From the human T2T-CHM13v2.0 reference genome, Homo sapiens: a DNA stretch of 64,000 nucleotides. Below are positions 48,140 through 64,000 of this stretch, piece after piece. Position numbers and translations under genes: made by a program. The number at the start of each line of letters is the position of its first letter. Positions within the stretch are counted from its first letter, which is position 1. Where the stretch lies: the NCBI RefSeq assembly GCF_009914755.1, contig NC_060926.1, one strand, 5' to 3'. A model generated the notes under the pieces. It made no database searches. It saw nothing but the letters and a program-made list of their open reading frames with translations, and was not told the DNA's origin.

Positions 48140-48900
48140 GCATCAGATAAATGCAAATTTAAACCAAAATAAAACATTATCTACACACCTACCAGATTGG
48201 CAATACCAAAAAGTCTGACAATACCAAGTTTTACCAAGGATAAACAGCAATAAGAACACTCGTACAATGCTGATAGGAAAAAAAATAGTTAAATAATCCT
48301 TTAAAAACAGTTGGGTATGATCACATTATTTGAGAAAGTTAAAGATATTTTTTAATACTGCAATTCTACTTTGAACAACGTATCCTAAAGAAACTTATGC
48401 ACATGTTTAGGATAATCTATGTACAAAAATGAATATAACTTTTTTTTGCACTTGCAAAAAACTGGGAGCAACTCAAAAACAGTAGAAATAGGCAAATAAT
48501 TGAATACTATATAGTGATGAAAATGAATGAATACCGCCATATACAACCACATGGATGAGCCTTAAAAATACAACATTGAGTTAAAGAAACTAGACACATA
48601 CTATAATTCTACTTATATAAAGTTCGAAATTGACAAAACTAAGCTTATTGTTCAAAACTGCATACTGAGGTGTTAACTTGAAAGAAAAAGCAGGGACATC
48701 ATTACCATAAAAGTCAGGATAATGATTACCTCCAGCAGGGATGATGGAGTTTATGTTTGAGAAGGGTACACCAAGGGTTTCTGAAGTTGTAGCAATGTCC
48801 TGGGTTATGGATTTCACTTATAAAACATATTATATTTTGCATTTATGTATTATGCACTTTCCTGTATGTATATTGTCTTTTAAAAATTTTAAAAATATAA
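48140..48900 (+). mobile_element. Ancient L1ME-like 3' remnant
   Basis: aaatgcaaatttaaacca...ccagattggcaa...aagtctgacaataccaag...caaccacatggatg. Confidence 0.7.
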
Positions 48901-49369
48901 TTTTACATCACTGTTAACTAAACTCACATACACAAATAAAATCTCATCGAAGAATAGCAGTTTTACAATATTCCTGATATTTTCCATTTTGCTGTATTTC
49001 CTTAGAAACAAAATTATGCTGGTCATAATCCTCTAAATTGATTTCATAACACAGTGGGTTATAACTTGCATCTATTATCATCATCAGGGATTGGTTAACT
49101 GAGTTGGTTAGAACAATGTCCTATTAGACCTGTGAAAGCTTACAGCTAAGGCGCAAACCTACTATCACACAGTTTTCTAAACAAAAGTGGATTAGACAAG
49201 AGATAGTATCATTGTTACAGAAACAGTCCCTACTGAATAGGATAAAGCAATAGATTCATTTTCAGAAAGGAAAGATCAACCTATATACCTACATGCAGAC
49301 CTACTACAATGATTCTTGCCTATCTAAAGAAATGTATTATACCAAACCCTTACACTTAGCAATTACTAC

Positions 49370-49490
49370 TGGCCGCCACTGTTCTAAGCATATTTATATG
49401 TTAATATAGTTAATCTTCACAACCACACTATGAGGTTTAAGTTTGATTATTTTCATCTCACAGATGAGAAAACTGAGTCAGAGAAAGTAA
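49370..49490 (-). mobile_element. MIR
   Basis: ttaatcttcacaacc...cagatgagaaaactgagtcagaga. Confidence 0.75.
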
Positions 49491-49862
49491 ATCTTAAAAG
49501 TTTTGACATAGAATAATGTGACGCTGACATCTCTTTTGTAAGAAGAGGAAATCTTTAATTTGCATGCTGTGTTGGGAACTTTGCTTAGAAAGGAAAGTGC
49601 ATTCATAATCTGGGCATTTGTTGGGTGAAATTTCTATAATCATTCAGACTTCTATATGGTTATTTCATTTTCCCAGGTAATGAATAGTCTTGCAGAACTC
49701 TTCAATAAGCATGTGAGATTTGAAGGTTCATAAAATCTGTTTAGTGTTTGGTTTATTTTCATTCCAGAGATTAAAACATGCTTAGATAATTAAAAACTCA
49801 CTGATGTACTTTTTGTGAAACAAGTACTAGATATAATGGTTACAATTCTTCATATTCTTTAG

Positions 49863-50582
<720 letters not shown>

Positions 50583-51805
50583 TAACAATGGGACTAGCTA
50601 GCCTAAATAGCTTGAAAAATGTACTTTACATATATAATATGTATAAATTATATAATGCATAACATATTTTATATGTAAACATATAAAATACATAGAAATA
50701 AAATTTGCTATACTTAAGTGCCAGTGGTATCATACAAGCTGATGTCATTAAGACACTTCTAATAACATCAAAAATAAAATACATACATACATAATGTGAA
50801 AATATTAAATGTTCTCAGAGTACAGAGGAGACAGATCGGAATAATTGGTACGTCACAGATTGGCCTCAGTTTTTGTCCAACTCTGCAGATTGAATGGAAT
50901 CATTAATGAAACAGGCCACAGGTTTTGCTTTTTTCTGGTTAAACAAAAAAAAGACAAACCTCATATTTTCCCCTACTATCCCACCCTTAAATGAGATGAT
51001 ATCATTCTTTGTAGGGCTTTTTATTGGCTCTTCCAGGTGTACATTTGCCAGTGATACTGTTCGTTCAGTTTGGCTGCTGCAGGGAGTTGCTGCCAGGAGA
51101 ATCGCTAAGTTTTTCTATCACTCCTGAAGGACTAGCTCATATATTAAGTCTCAGAAAATCTTCCCCAACGTATACGTGGTATAAAACACTTCAGTGTTTC
51201 TCAGAAATCTTGACTCTATAAATCTATTGGTGACAATATAAAACAGACCGTAATTAAGTGTTCAGTTGGTAAGCCGGCCAATAACTCAAAGAAAATGGAT
51301 AGCTATATTGGGTCAAACACAAAGGGTGTACAACTTGAGCCTAGTCTTTAGGAAATAATACAATTTGAATGAATAGAGAGAGAAGCAGAGAACATTTACT
51401 GTATGAGAAAATGTATACTTCATAGCCATATAGACAAATATATCAGTGCAGAATAGTGATGCATTTGAATTAGTGAGTAGTAGACACTGGTTTTCCGAGT
51501 TACATGAGACAAGGTTACCATACGAGTCTGAAGAAATTTGTTCTAATTAAGCAATACAAATGCAATATAGTTAACAGAACAGCCTAGTAATGTGAAAAGA
51601 AAGATTTTAGAGAGTTTAACCTAGAGACTGGTGTGGAACAATATTAGAGGCAAAATAACCCTCGGCCATAGACAAGAAGATAAACCCTTACATACAAGAA
51701 GATAGTCCATAATCTGTGTCCAACCAGCAGGACTGGAACTACTCCAGGAGTGAAGTTAGCCAATAAGAAGACTCAATTGGGATGAAACACAGGAAAAGAG
51801 GGAGG

Positions 51806-51891
51806 ATGCAATGAAAAAACTGGGTTCAAAGAAACCACAATAACCCATACCTCGACCTGCTGTAAGAATAGCATATTTTCATTGCCTGTTA
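51806..51891 (+). repeat. 86-nt copy of 50413-50498 (3' half of exon 25, donor and intron start), 84/86 identical
   Basis: Direct alignment. It is flanked by the 26-bp direct repeat atgaaacacaggaaaagagggaggat at 51782-51807 and 51891-51916. Confidence 0.97.
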
Positions 51892-52479
51892 TGAAACACA
51901 GGAAAAGAGGGAGGATATGTAGATAACAGAGAATCTAAAATATAAGCTAGTTGATATTTTGTGAAACTGTTGGTTCCACTATCATATACTGAAGTCATAT
52001 GAAGGCACTGGGAAAAATAGTGTTAGAGCCTATGAAATGTCCAGACTGAAATAAGGATTTTAGCATTGTCAGAACAAAATTCAATTGAGCTCTGAAACAC
52101 AGATTCATTTTTGAAAAATAATTAGAATAGAGAAAAAAACAAAATTCTCAGAATGAGGCCTTGCATACTTCATCAAGATATAGGAAGAAATAAATCAATG
52201 AAGAAATGAGCTTGAGTTTGTTTCCATCAAATGACATGGATTTACCTGTAGTGGTAGGGGTGTGTGGAAAAAGTTCAACACATTCAGCTAGAATATTATC
52301 AGTGTCAATTTGGCAATTTAGCAAGTAACTAGTAAAATCCATTTATTCCTGCATTGACAATATGTACTATGTAGTATGCTAAGCATTTGAACTTAAATAT
52401 CGAACAGTATGGAGTCTAGTTAATGCAACGGATAGTAATCAAATAGTCCTGCCAAAAAATGGAAGTATCCCAGAAAAAA

Positions 52480-53250
52480 AGGGATACTTTCAGCTGTGAG
52501 AGCTGATTAGGGGGAAGGGGCTGATTAATCAGGGAAGTTAGGGAAGGCTTTATTAAAAAAATATACTAGCTGAGGATGGAAAAAGAATAGAAAGCATCAA
52601 TAGCCAGAGTGGGATGAGAAGAGCCCTGTAGAAGGGGAATGAATTTGTGAAGGTCCTTATGTAGGAGGGCTGGTGAGACTGGAGTGCAGAAAGTCAAGGT
52701 TCATTTGGGACACACTGAGAATAAAGAGGTTAGGATAAGCCCAAACTTTTCTGGGCCTTGGAGGCCGTGTTAAGGAGTTGTTTTCATCCTAAGAGCAGTA
52801 AGAAACCGTTAACGTGGACCCAGTCAGTCTGGGCTTTGTGGTGATCACTCAATCAGTTTCACAGAGGCCGTGTGAATACATTGTAGACTTGTTTTGGAGC
52901 TATTTCAGAGATGGTAGGTAGCCTGAACCATAGCAATGTGCAGATTAATAAAAGTGGATGGATTTGTGAGCTATCACCAGAGTGAAATTTAAAAGTTTGT
53001 CTATTAATTGAATATGGGAACTAAAGAAGGAACCAACAAGAATGACTGGTGTCTTTCTGCTTTGCACAACTGGATAAATACTGATGTCATGCAGGAAATG
53101 AAGAAGGGACAGAAAGTGGTGAGAAAATTGGAGATGCTAGTTTGCAGAATTTGGCAAACGAGTCAGAGTGAGAGAGTGAGAGGAAGGAGGAAGGGAGAGA
53201 AATGATGAATATTTAGAAGTAGCAAAATAAAGGTTTCTTAAGATTCAGAG
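52480..53250. mobile_element. L2 remnant
   Basis: ttagggaaggcttt...agctgaggatgga...ggctggagtgcag...gaatgactggtgtctttctgcttt; boundaries approximate. Confidence 0.55.
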
Positions 53251-55358
53251 ATTAGGTTTAAAGGAAAGCAAAAGGAATTTTAGAGAGGAAAAGATCGAAG
53301 ACAGAGGGAATAATTACGGCATAAAAATGCACAAGATGTGGGACAAGGACATAGTGGTCTAGGGTAGCTTTAGAAAGAAAAAGGGGCTGAGTCCTCTAAT
53401 GAATTTGGAGTAATATATGAAAAGAACATGGAAATTAAAATAATATGAAATGCAAAAGGAAACAGAGGAGTTTATTTAAACTGTTTAAATTTAATGTTCT
53501 AAAAAAAGTAAAAATAGAGGGCAAGAGAATGGAAATTTATGAGAAGTTTGGAATTATCTTTGGAGCAAATGAAGGACAAAGGATTGCTAATTGTTAAATC
53601 TGAAGGGCCAAGATGAAGTTAGAGAACATAAATTTTTGGTGAATAAGATCTTCAGAATTATACATCTTGTTCCAGCATATTTGACACCCTAGGATTTAAA
53701 TGGGAGAACAGAACACAGAGACTCGAGACTGGAGTTGTACATTGAGATGTCTGTCTCATTGGACAACTCTATGAACAGGGAATCTAAACAGTTTTTTATT
53801 AGTCATGGTGATATTAAAATTAAGACCAAATTTCTGCTTTTAAGATATTTTGAACTTACTATACTCTAGGAGCCATATCTGAGAGAAAAATGATACTGCT
53901 CCTGCTTTTGAGGGGCCTCAAAACAAGTGGAAGGGAAAGAAAACTAAAATTGAATAAGAGCAAACCATTTGCAATACAATGCCATACATTTTATGATCAA
54001 TGAAAGCACTCAGTTTTCTGAGAGCACTAAGTACTTTAAACTCAAAACTGAGTTAGAATTCATGAGACAGAGAAGGAGTGGGGGACATGTGTTTTAGACA
54101 GAATAGTAGACAGATAAACTATGTAAAATGATACAGTAGAACCTGCCTAAGCTTCTAAGAGTGGTAGGCAGGAAATATCAGAGGGTGGAAGTAAGGGGAA
54201 GATGCCAGACTTGGAAAGTTAAACTACAGTAAATTAATAATTAATAAGGAAGGGTTTGAACTAAAAGTAGACACATTTATTGGGTTGAAAAAGGCCCTGA
54301 GAAGACAGATCCAGCTGGAGTAATAGAAATCTAGTTCAGCAGGCCAAATACGCATTCAGAGAAAAGAGCAAAACAAAATAGAACAAGTAGTGTTTGATGT
54401 CCAAAAATCACCATTGGAAGTAATAGAAGCCTCCCAATAGAAAGAGGGCAGAACACTAAGATGTAGAATCCAGGCCACTAAAAGTGTCAGGATCTGGGAA
54501 AGCAAGCCATTAGGTGTATATGTAGCAGAGTATTAGTCATTCTAGTTGAGAAGGTAGAGAAAGGCAGCCCAACAGAGGTTAAGTCAAGACCAGATCCCTA
54601 GATTACCTGAGAAACAAAGCAGATACGTGCAAAATGGAACAATACAGAAACCAATGATCAGAACTGGTTTACAAGTTGGGGACTTCATTTCATAAGCAAG
54701 ACATAAGGCAATTAGTACTTGGAAATAAGGTCCAAATAGACTAGGGCAAAGATTGAATATTTCCATTGTGACTTTTTAAAAGATAATTTTATTCTTACAG
54801 AAGAGTTACTCATAATGAATACTCTAATGAATCTATACACAGTGTCCTCTTGTTTTAACATCTTATGCAACCATAGATCAGTTCTCACAACTAAGAAATT
54901 AATCTTGATATAATACCATTAAATAAAATACAGAACTGAGTCAGATTTCACCAGTTTTTCCACTGAAGCCTTTTCTCTAGAATGATGATTTTTAAAACAT
55001 CTTAGCTGAACTTTAAAATGAAATTTAAGATGCTGTAGCTTTAGTGAGAGAATATAAAGTCAGAAATCAGACGAAAAATTTAAAAAGAGAGAGGAAAACT
55101 TGGAGAAGTATTTATTTATTAGTTGCTTAAAGTAAAATTAATACCCTCCCAACACATGGGATAAAAAATTTTATTACATGACAAATATTTACTAACTGTC
55201 CGTCATAACATGATGGTGTTCTGTGCACTGAGAACATAATAGGTGAGTTTATAAAACCTGGTATCAATGTGAGTATAAATAAAACAAATACATTTGAATA
55301 CAGTTGAATATACAATATACAAAATTTTCTTCCAAGTATAAAACGAAAATAAAATACA

Positions 55359-56397
<1,039 letters not shown>

Positions 56398-57060
56398 TAA
56401 AAATCTAATAGTCCATTGTTTTAGTTTTAGTTTGCCATTTCTCTAATTGCATGCTGTGCTTGAAATGATGAGTGGAATACAAGGAATTTATATTTTCAGC
56501 TTTCATTTATTCTCATTTAATATTTTCATCTGTTCTCATCTCAGAAGACAATAACTGCAACTTTGGTAGAATAGTCTTGTACCTGGTCATACTCCTGTGG
56601 TATTGACAGTTACTGCTTTGAATAAACAATCAATCCACACACATATATACATAAATCATTTGAAGTAGTCACATAATTCATAAATATGACCTCTTAAATA
56701 ATTGGAATAGTGTATATGTGCAGTTATATATATAATAACACATATATAAGTTTCATGTTATCTTTGGGTGCAGACAGTTTTCTGTGGTTTGCAATATCTC
56801 TTTTTGGAAGCAGATAGTTTGTTTGAAAATCCAAAACAGATTTGTTATCATCAATGATACATTAATGTTAGGATACATACATACATTAAGTCCTAGGAAT
56901 GCAAAAGATTTATTGGAAAAAATATATATATACAGTGTTTATGTATAAGATATTAAATGAGGTACTGGAAGTAAATATAAGAAGATTTAAGAGAAGGTTC
57001 TACCTATTTGGGGAAACAGAACATTCACATGGAGGGGAAAATTATATAGCACTCTTTAAA

Positions 57061-57282
57061 CTACTTTCTTTAGTCGAATAGAACATTGTAACAATGTTCC
57101 ACTGCATTTGATTCTCACATAAGTGCTATGAGGTAGCATTAAGAGGTAAGATTTGAGATCTGACCTGGAGCTTCCCTATTTACACTACTTACCTTCTCAG
57201 TGACCTAAGAGAAGTTACCTCAGCTCTCCAATCTCTGGTTTTGCAAGGAATTTTTCTGTAAAATGTTATTGTGAGGATTAAA
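57061..57282 (+). repeat. Local duplication copy, uninterrupted, continuing into a MIR tail (to ~57345)
   Basis: Aligns to 55359-55454 plus 55780-55906. MIR motifs gtgacct.ag..aagttac, ctgtaaaatg and gcacttagcactgtgcctagca are present. Confidence 0.95.
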
Positions 57283-57889
57283 TCAGATTATGTATATATA
57301 TGCACTTAGCACTGTGCCTAGCATGAAGAAAAGACTTAGTAAATGTTCAGTTTGACCACAAGAAAAAGTTGATATTATCACCATTTACTCATGCATAAAA
57401 GCAAGTGCCAGGATTCAGTCCCAAGTACATCTGTCTCCAAAGCCTATGTTTTCTTCTGTACATCACGCTGCCTACTCCCAAATAACATAGAATCTCAGAA
57501 AGTAAAGAACTCTCATATTCCTGACCCAAAATCATACACCTTTAGTTCTTATGCAAATACTAGAACTAGTATTTTGGACATATAAATTAATTTCTGTACT
57601 TGGCCACTGTATGCTTCATGATGTCTTTGGACCTTCCAGGGTTGAGTCATTTTTTTGATAGATGCTTTCCTTGAACTAGGAAAAATGGCCCTTATTATCT
57701 TCATTTAATATAAAGATGTAAATGTTATAACACCAAACATACCAGTTTCATTTTGCTCAACAAACATTGCAGATTATTTGCATATATACATGTACCTAAC
57801 TGTCCTGTTCACATTTTGTAAAACTAATGTACTTATGTAAACTTTCATTTGCTACTATTAAGTATAACAATATTTTTGTTATTTGTTGA

Positions 57890-59095
<1,206 letters not shown>

Positions 59096-61292
59096 AAAGA
59101 AACCAAGAATTTTCCATTTTGTGATCAATTGTTTACAGCCCGTGATGGTGATGTGTTTGTGTCAACAGGACTCCCACAGGAGGTCTATGCCAAACTGACT
59201 GTTTTTACAAATGTATACTTAAGGTCAGTGCCTATAACAAGACAGAGACCTCTGGTCAGCAAACTGGAACTCAGTAAACTGGAGAAATAGTATCGATGGG
59301 AGGTTTCTATTTTCACAACCAGCTGACACTGCTGAAGAGCAGAGGCGTAATGGCTACTCAGACGATAGGAACCAATTTAAAGGGGGGAGGGAAGTTAAAT
59401 TTTTATGTAAATTCAACATGTGACACTTGATAATAGTAATTGTCACCAGTGTTTATGTTTTAACTGCCACACCTGCCATATTTTTACAAAACGTGTGCTG
59501 TGAATTTATCACTTTTCTTTTTAATTCACAGGTTGTTTACTATTATATGTGACTATTTTTGTAAATGGGTTTGTGTTTGGGGAGAGGGATTAAAGGGAGG
59601 GAATTCTACATTTCTCTATTGTATTGTATAACTGGATATATTTTAAATGGAGGCATGCTGCAATTCTCATTCACACATAAAAAAATCACATCACAAAAGG
59701 GAAGAGTTTACTTCTTGTTTCAGGATGTTTTTAGATTTTTGAGGTGCTTAAATAGCTATTCGTATTTTTAAGGTGTCTCATCCAGAAAAAATTTAATGTG
59801 CCTGTAAATGTTCCATAGAATCACAAGCATTAAAGAGTTGTTTTATTTTTACATAACCCATTAAATGTACATGTATATATGTATATATGTATATGTGCGT
59901 GTATATACATATATATGTATACACACATGCACACACAGAGATATACACATACCATTACATTGTCATTCACAGTCCCAGCAGCATGACTATCACATTTTTG
60001 ATAAGTGTCCTTTGGCATAAAATAAAAATATCCTATCAGTCCTTTCTAAGAAGCCTGAATTGACCAAAAAACATCCCCACCACCACTTTATAAAGTTGAT
60101 TCTGCTTTATCCTGCAGTATTGTTTAGCCATCTTCTGCTCTTGGTAAGGTTGACATAGTATATGTCAATTTAAAAAATAAAAGTCTGCTTTGTAAATAGT
60201 AATTTTACCCAGTGGTGCATGTTTGAGCAAACAAAAATGATGATTTAAGCACACTACTTATTGCATCAAATATGTACCACAGTAAGTATAGTTTGCAAGC
60301 TTTCAACAGGTAATATGATGTAATTGGTTCCATTATAGTTTGAAGCTGTCACTGCTGCATGTTTATCTTGCCTATGCTGCTGTATCTTATTCCTTCCACT
60401 GTTCAGAAGTCTAATATGGGAAGCCATATATCAGTGGTAAAGTGAAGCAAATTGTTCTACCAAGACCTCATTCTTCATGTCATTAAGCAATAGGTTGCAG
60501 CAAACAAGGAAGAGCTTCTTGCTTTTTATTCTTCCAACCTTAATTGAACACTCAATGATGAAAAGCCCGACTGTACAAACATGTTGCAAGCTGCTTAAAT
60601 CTGTTTAAAATATATGGTTAGAGTTTTCTAAGAAAATATAAATACTGTAAAAAGTTCATTTTATTTTATTTTTCAGCCTTTTGTACGTAAAATGAGAAAT
60701 TAAAAGTATCTTCAGGTGGATGTCACAGTCACTATTGTTAGTTTCTGTTCCTAGCACTTTTAAATTGAAGCACTTCACAAAATAAGAAGCAAGGACTAGG
60801 ATGCAGTATAGGTTTCTGCTTTTTTATTAGTACTGTAAACTTGCACACATTTCAATGTGAAACAAATCTCAAACTGAGTTCAATGTTTATTTGCTTTCAA
60901 TAGTAATGCCTTATCATTGAAAGAGGCTTAAAGAAAAAAAAAATCAGCTGATACTCTTGGCATTGCTTGAATCCAATGTTTCCACCTAGTCTTTTTATTC
61001 AGTAATCATCAGTCTTTTCCAATGTTTGTTTACACAGATAGATCTTATTGACCCATATGGCACTAGAACTGTATCAGATATAATATGGGATCCCAGCTTT
61101 TTTTCCTCTCCCACAAAACCAGGTAGTGAAGTTATATTACCAGTTACAGCAAAATACTTTGTGTTTCACAAGCAACAATAAATGTAGATTCTTTATACTG
61201 AAGCTATTGACTTGTAGTGTGTTGGTGAAATGCATGCAGGAAAATGCTGTTACCATAAAGAACGGTAAACCACATTACAATCAAGCCAAAAG

Positions 61293-61298
61293 AATAAA
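61293..61298 (+). terminator. Candidate alternative polyadenylation signal AATAAA
   Basis: Followed by the GU-rich gtttcgcttttgtttttgtatttaattgttgtctttgtttc. Confidence 0.5.
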
Positions 61299-61556
61299 GG
61301 TTTCGCTTTTGTTTTTGTATTTAATTGTTGTCTTTGTTTCTATCTTTGAAATGCCATTTAAAGGTAGATTTCTATCATGTAAAAATAATCTATCTGAAAA
61401 ACAAATGTAAAGAACACACATTAATTACTATAATTCATCTTTCAATTTTTTCATGGAATGGAAGTTAATTAAGAAGAGTGTATTGGATAACTACTTTAAT
61501 ATTGGCCAAAAAGCTAGATATGGCATCAGGTAGACTAGTGGAAAGTTACAAAAATT

Positions 61557-61562
61557 AATAAA
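61557..61562 (+). terminator. Distal polyadenylation signal AATAAA
   Basis: Canonical hexamer with GU/U-rich sequence starting about 20 nt downstream. Confidence 0.75.
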
Positions 61563-61969
61563 AAATTGACTAACATTTTAAGTTGTGCATCTTTTCTCCT
61601 TCCTGTCCACCTATTGTTCTTTTTTTCACTTTTCCATTTCAATTTCTTCCTTATGTATTCTTGATCTACTTTTCTTTATATCCTTCTATCCTTTCCTTGC
61701 GCTCTCAGTATTTTTCATTTAGGATATTCTCCTTGTTTCTTTTCTGTTCACCAAATGTCTTGTTTATTACAGCCTATAGATCACTTAGATTTAGATCCCT
61801 AAAATTTGCTGTCACTCTGTAAAGTGCACATAGTATCTGCGTATTTATTTTTACAATTTTCTTTACAAAAATTCTAAGAAAGCTTAGACTGCAACTTTTC
61901 ATAATATATAAACAAAATTCCAAAATAGCACAGATTTGACTTTCTCATTTAATTATGAACAGTTTGGGA

Positions 61970-62010
61970 AATGTTTCTCAATTCTGAATGCATATTAGAA
62001 CTACCTGAGA

Positions 62011-62048
<38 letters not shown>

Positions 62049-62170
62049 CCAGTGCATGGGCCAAGACCAGGACCAGACCAATTGAACTCATATCTCTGGG
62101 TGAGACTTAAGCATTTAATTTTTTGAAGGCTCGTCATTGATACTGATTCATACCAAGGACTGAGAACTAG
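61970..62170. mobile_element. MER5-like element containing a ~35-nt poly(A) run
   Basis: tttctcaattctgaatgcatattagaactacctg...(A)n...gactgagaact. Confidence 0.6.
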
Positions 62171-62969
62171 CAAATTTGGGTCTCCTTTGCCCAATAGGAA
62201 AACATATTCTCCGGAAAGTCCAAACTGTCCTTCATTACATAACTTATCATGTACAGAATAAAGTTCCTAAGAGGATGGCTTTCGGAGTATTTATATTGCA
62301 GATTGAGGGATTGACATTGATCTAATTATAATAGAGGTTCTTCTTTAGGGCTGTAGTTGGTATAAAGGGAATTCTATTAGAAAAGTTTAGGGAGACTGTG
62401 TTCAGGTAACACATGCACACACACACACCCCATATGGCACCTTAACTATCCCTAGTGTATACTGGGTGGAATGAATGTGGGATGGTCTAGGAAACAGTAT
62501 AAATTTATAAAATAGTTCCCTCCAGTGAATGCTACATGCCCTGTTGCATGAGAACCTTTAATCTGGACCAATAGAAGGCAGTTCATGGTGGCCAGTCAGA
62601 AAGCCATTCAATTTGTCATTACCAACTCACAAATCTAGACAGGAAAGATTCTCATTCTCATCTTCTCCATTCTTGGCGCATCTCACACAATCCCTTGTTT
62701 TTCTGAGCTCTGTAACATACAGACCTATTTACAAACAGAAGGGAGGAGACAAGAGAGGTAAGGGGAAGTAAAGAAAGAGGAGAAAGGAGGAGAGGGAACG
62801 ATAGGGGAAAGTAGGAGAAAGGAGGGGAGTGTAAGAAATGGGATGTTTCATGAATTATAATTCTGAAAAAATGTCTGGTGTGGATACCTCCAGCAATGGT
62901 GAGGGAAGGAGGAAGAAATGTTGCTTAGTTGTCAATATGTTAGATCTAAAATATAAACATGTTTCTTCT

Positions 62970-63303
<334 letters not shown>

Positions 63304-64000
63304 CTCTCATTTTTTTAAAGAAAAGATACCTGTGAAAAAAGTGAAGAGGACATTATACAAGAAAATGTTACAATGATTCCATGGATTCAGGAATATTTTT
63401 TTTTCTTTTACCTGAACTAAATACATATTTGAGTGTCTACTATATATCAACTTTGCAATAGCAGCTAAGAGATCAAAGAGGAATATAACTATCCAAAGAA
63501 AGGCTATAACCAGAGGTGAAGAACCTGGAAAGCCATGCTAGAGTTTGGAATTGATTCTGTGGCAAAAAGGAGTGATTACTCCTGAGAAGTAGAAGGAACA
63601 GTGAAATATGACACATCTGTAGCTGCTGAATCTGGTAGTAATAAGGCTATGCTGCCCATTTTTTCTAGTATTTTACAGCAATCTCATTTTCCCAATTATT
63701 TAAATGGGTTCTTATCTCTTGGTATAGTATATAGATTTATTAAGTAAAAGAATATAACTAGATTTTTAAGTCATCCAATGTGACACTTCCTGCTAATAGC
63801 CTATTTTAATCAAGTTACATTTTTTATATTTACAGATACATCTAATTTTATTCCTATCACTTTACTTCACACTTTCCACTTTTTGAGGTTTTTCCTTTTA
63901 TTCTCCTCTTCCTTCTTGTCCTCTTTTGCTTTGTGTTTTCTGTTTCTCTTTCCCCCATCTCTGATGGAAAGTTACACATCATCTCCCTCCATTCATCCCT

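Larger units (their letters stand above)
59096..61580 (+). other. SCN2A: SCN2A 3'UTR (~2.5 kb; end approximate)
   Basis: AU-rich sequence free of interspersed repeats after the stop, ending at AATAAA 61557-61562 followed by a long U/C-rich tract. Confidence 0.8.

Noticed and set aside
51782-51916. CRISPR-like repeat-spacer-repeat or processed-pseudogene reading of the 26-bp repeats
   Set aside because: The context is eukaryotic, with only two repeats and no cas genes. The insert includes intron sequence and has no poly(A), so it is not a retrocopy of mRNA.
62013-62047. Long poly(A) run downstream of the gene as the transcript end
   Set aside because: It is a genomic A-tract inside a MER5-like element. 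It would cause oligo-dT internal priming rather than mark a true cleavage site.

Overview
Human (primate) genomic DNA, AT-rich and dense in Alu, L1, MIR, L2 and LTR repeats. It holds the 3' portion of SCN2A (voltage-gated sodium channel Nav1.2) on the + strand: 14 coding exons (exons 14-27 in the usual 27-exon numbering, from the end of the DI-DII linker to the C-terminus), the stop at 59093-59095 and a ~2.5 kb 3'UTR ending near 61580. The exons join into one open frame of 3869 nt. All introns are GT-AG except one U2-type AT-AC intron (50001-50363). No prokaryotic systems, CRISPR arrays or RNA genes are evident. The most unusual signals are: (1) an 86-nt intronic copy of the 3' half of exon 25 plus its splice donor, carrying an in-frame nonsense change equivalent to K1511*, set between perfect 26-bp direct repeats; (2) two further local duplications in the same 13 kb, so three events of different ages all have a ~1.38-1.40 kb offset; (3) several candidate poison exons, one matching the position of the described exon 17A; (4) an ultra-short twin-primed L1 next to the exon 16 acceptor; (5) an AluYa5 insertion. 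Repeat subfamily calls, c. numbering and percent identities were made by eye and are approximate.
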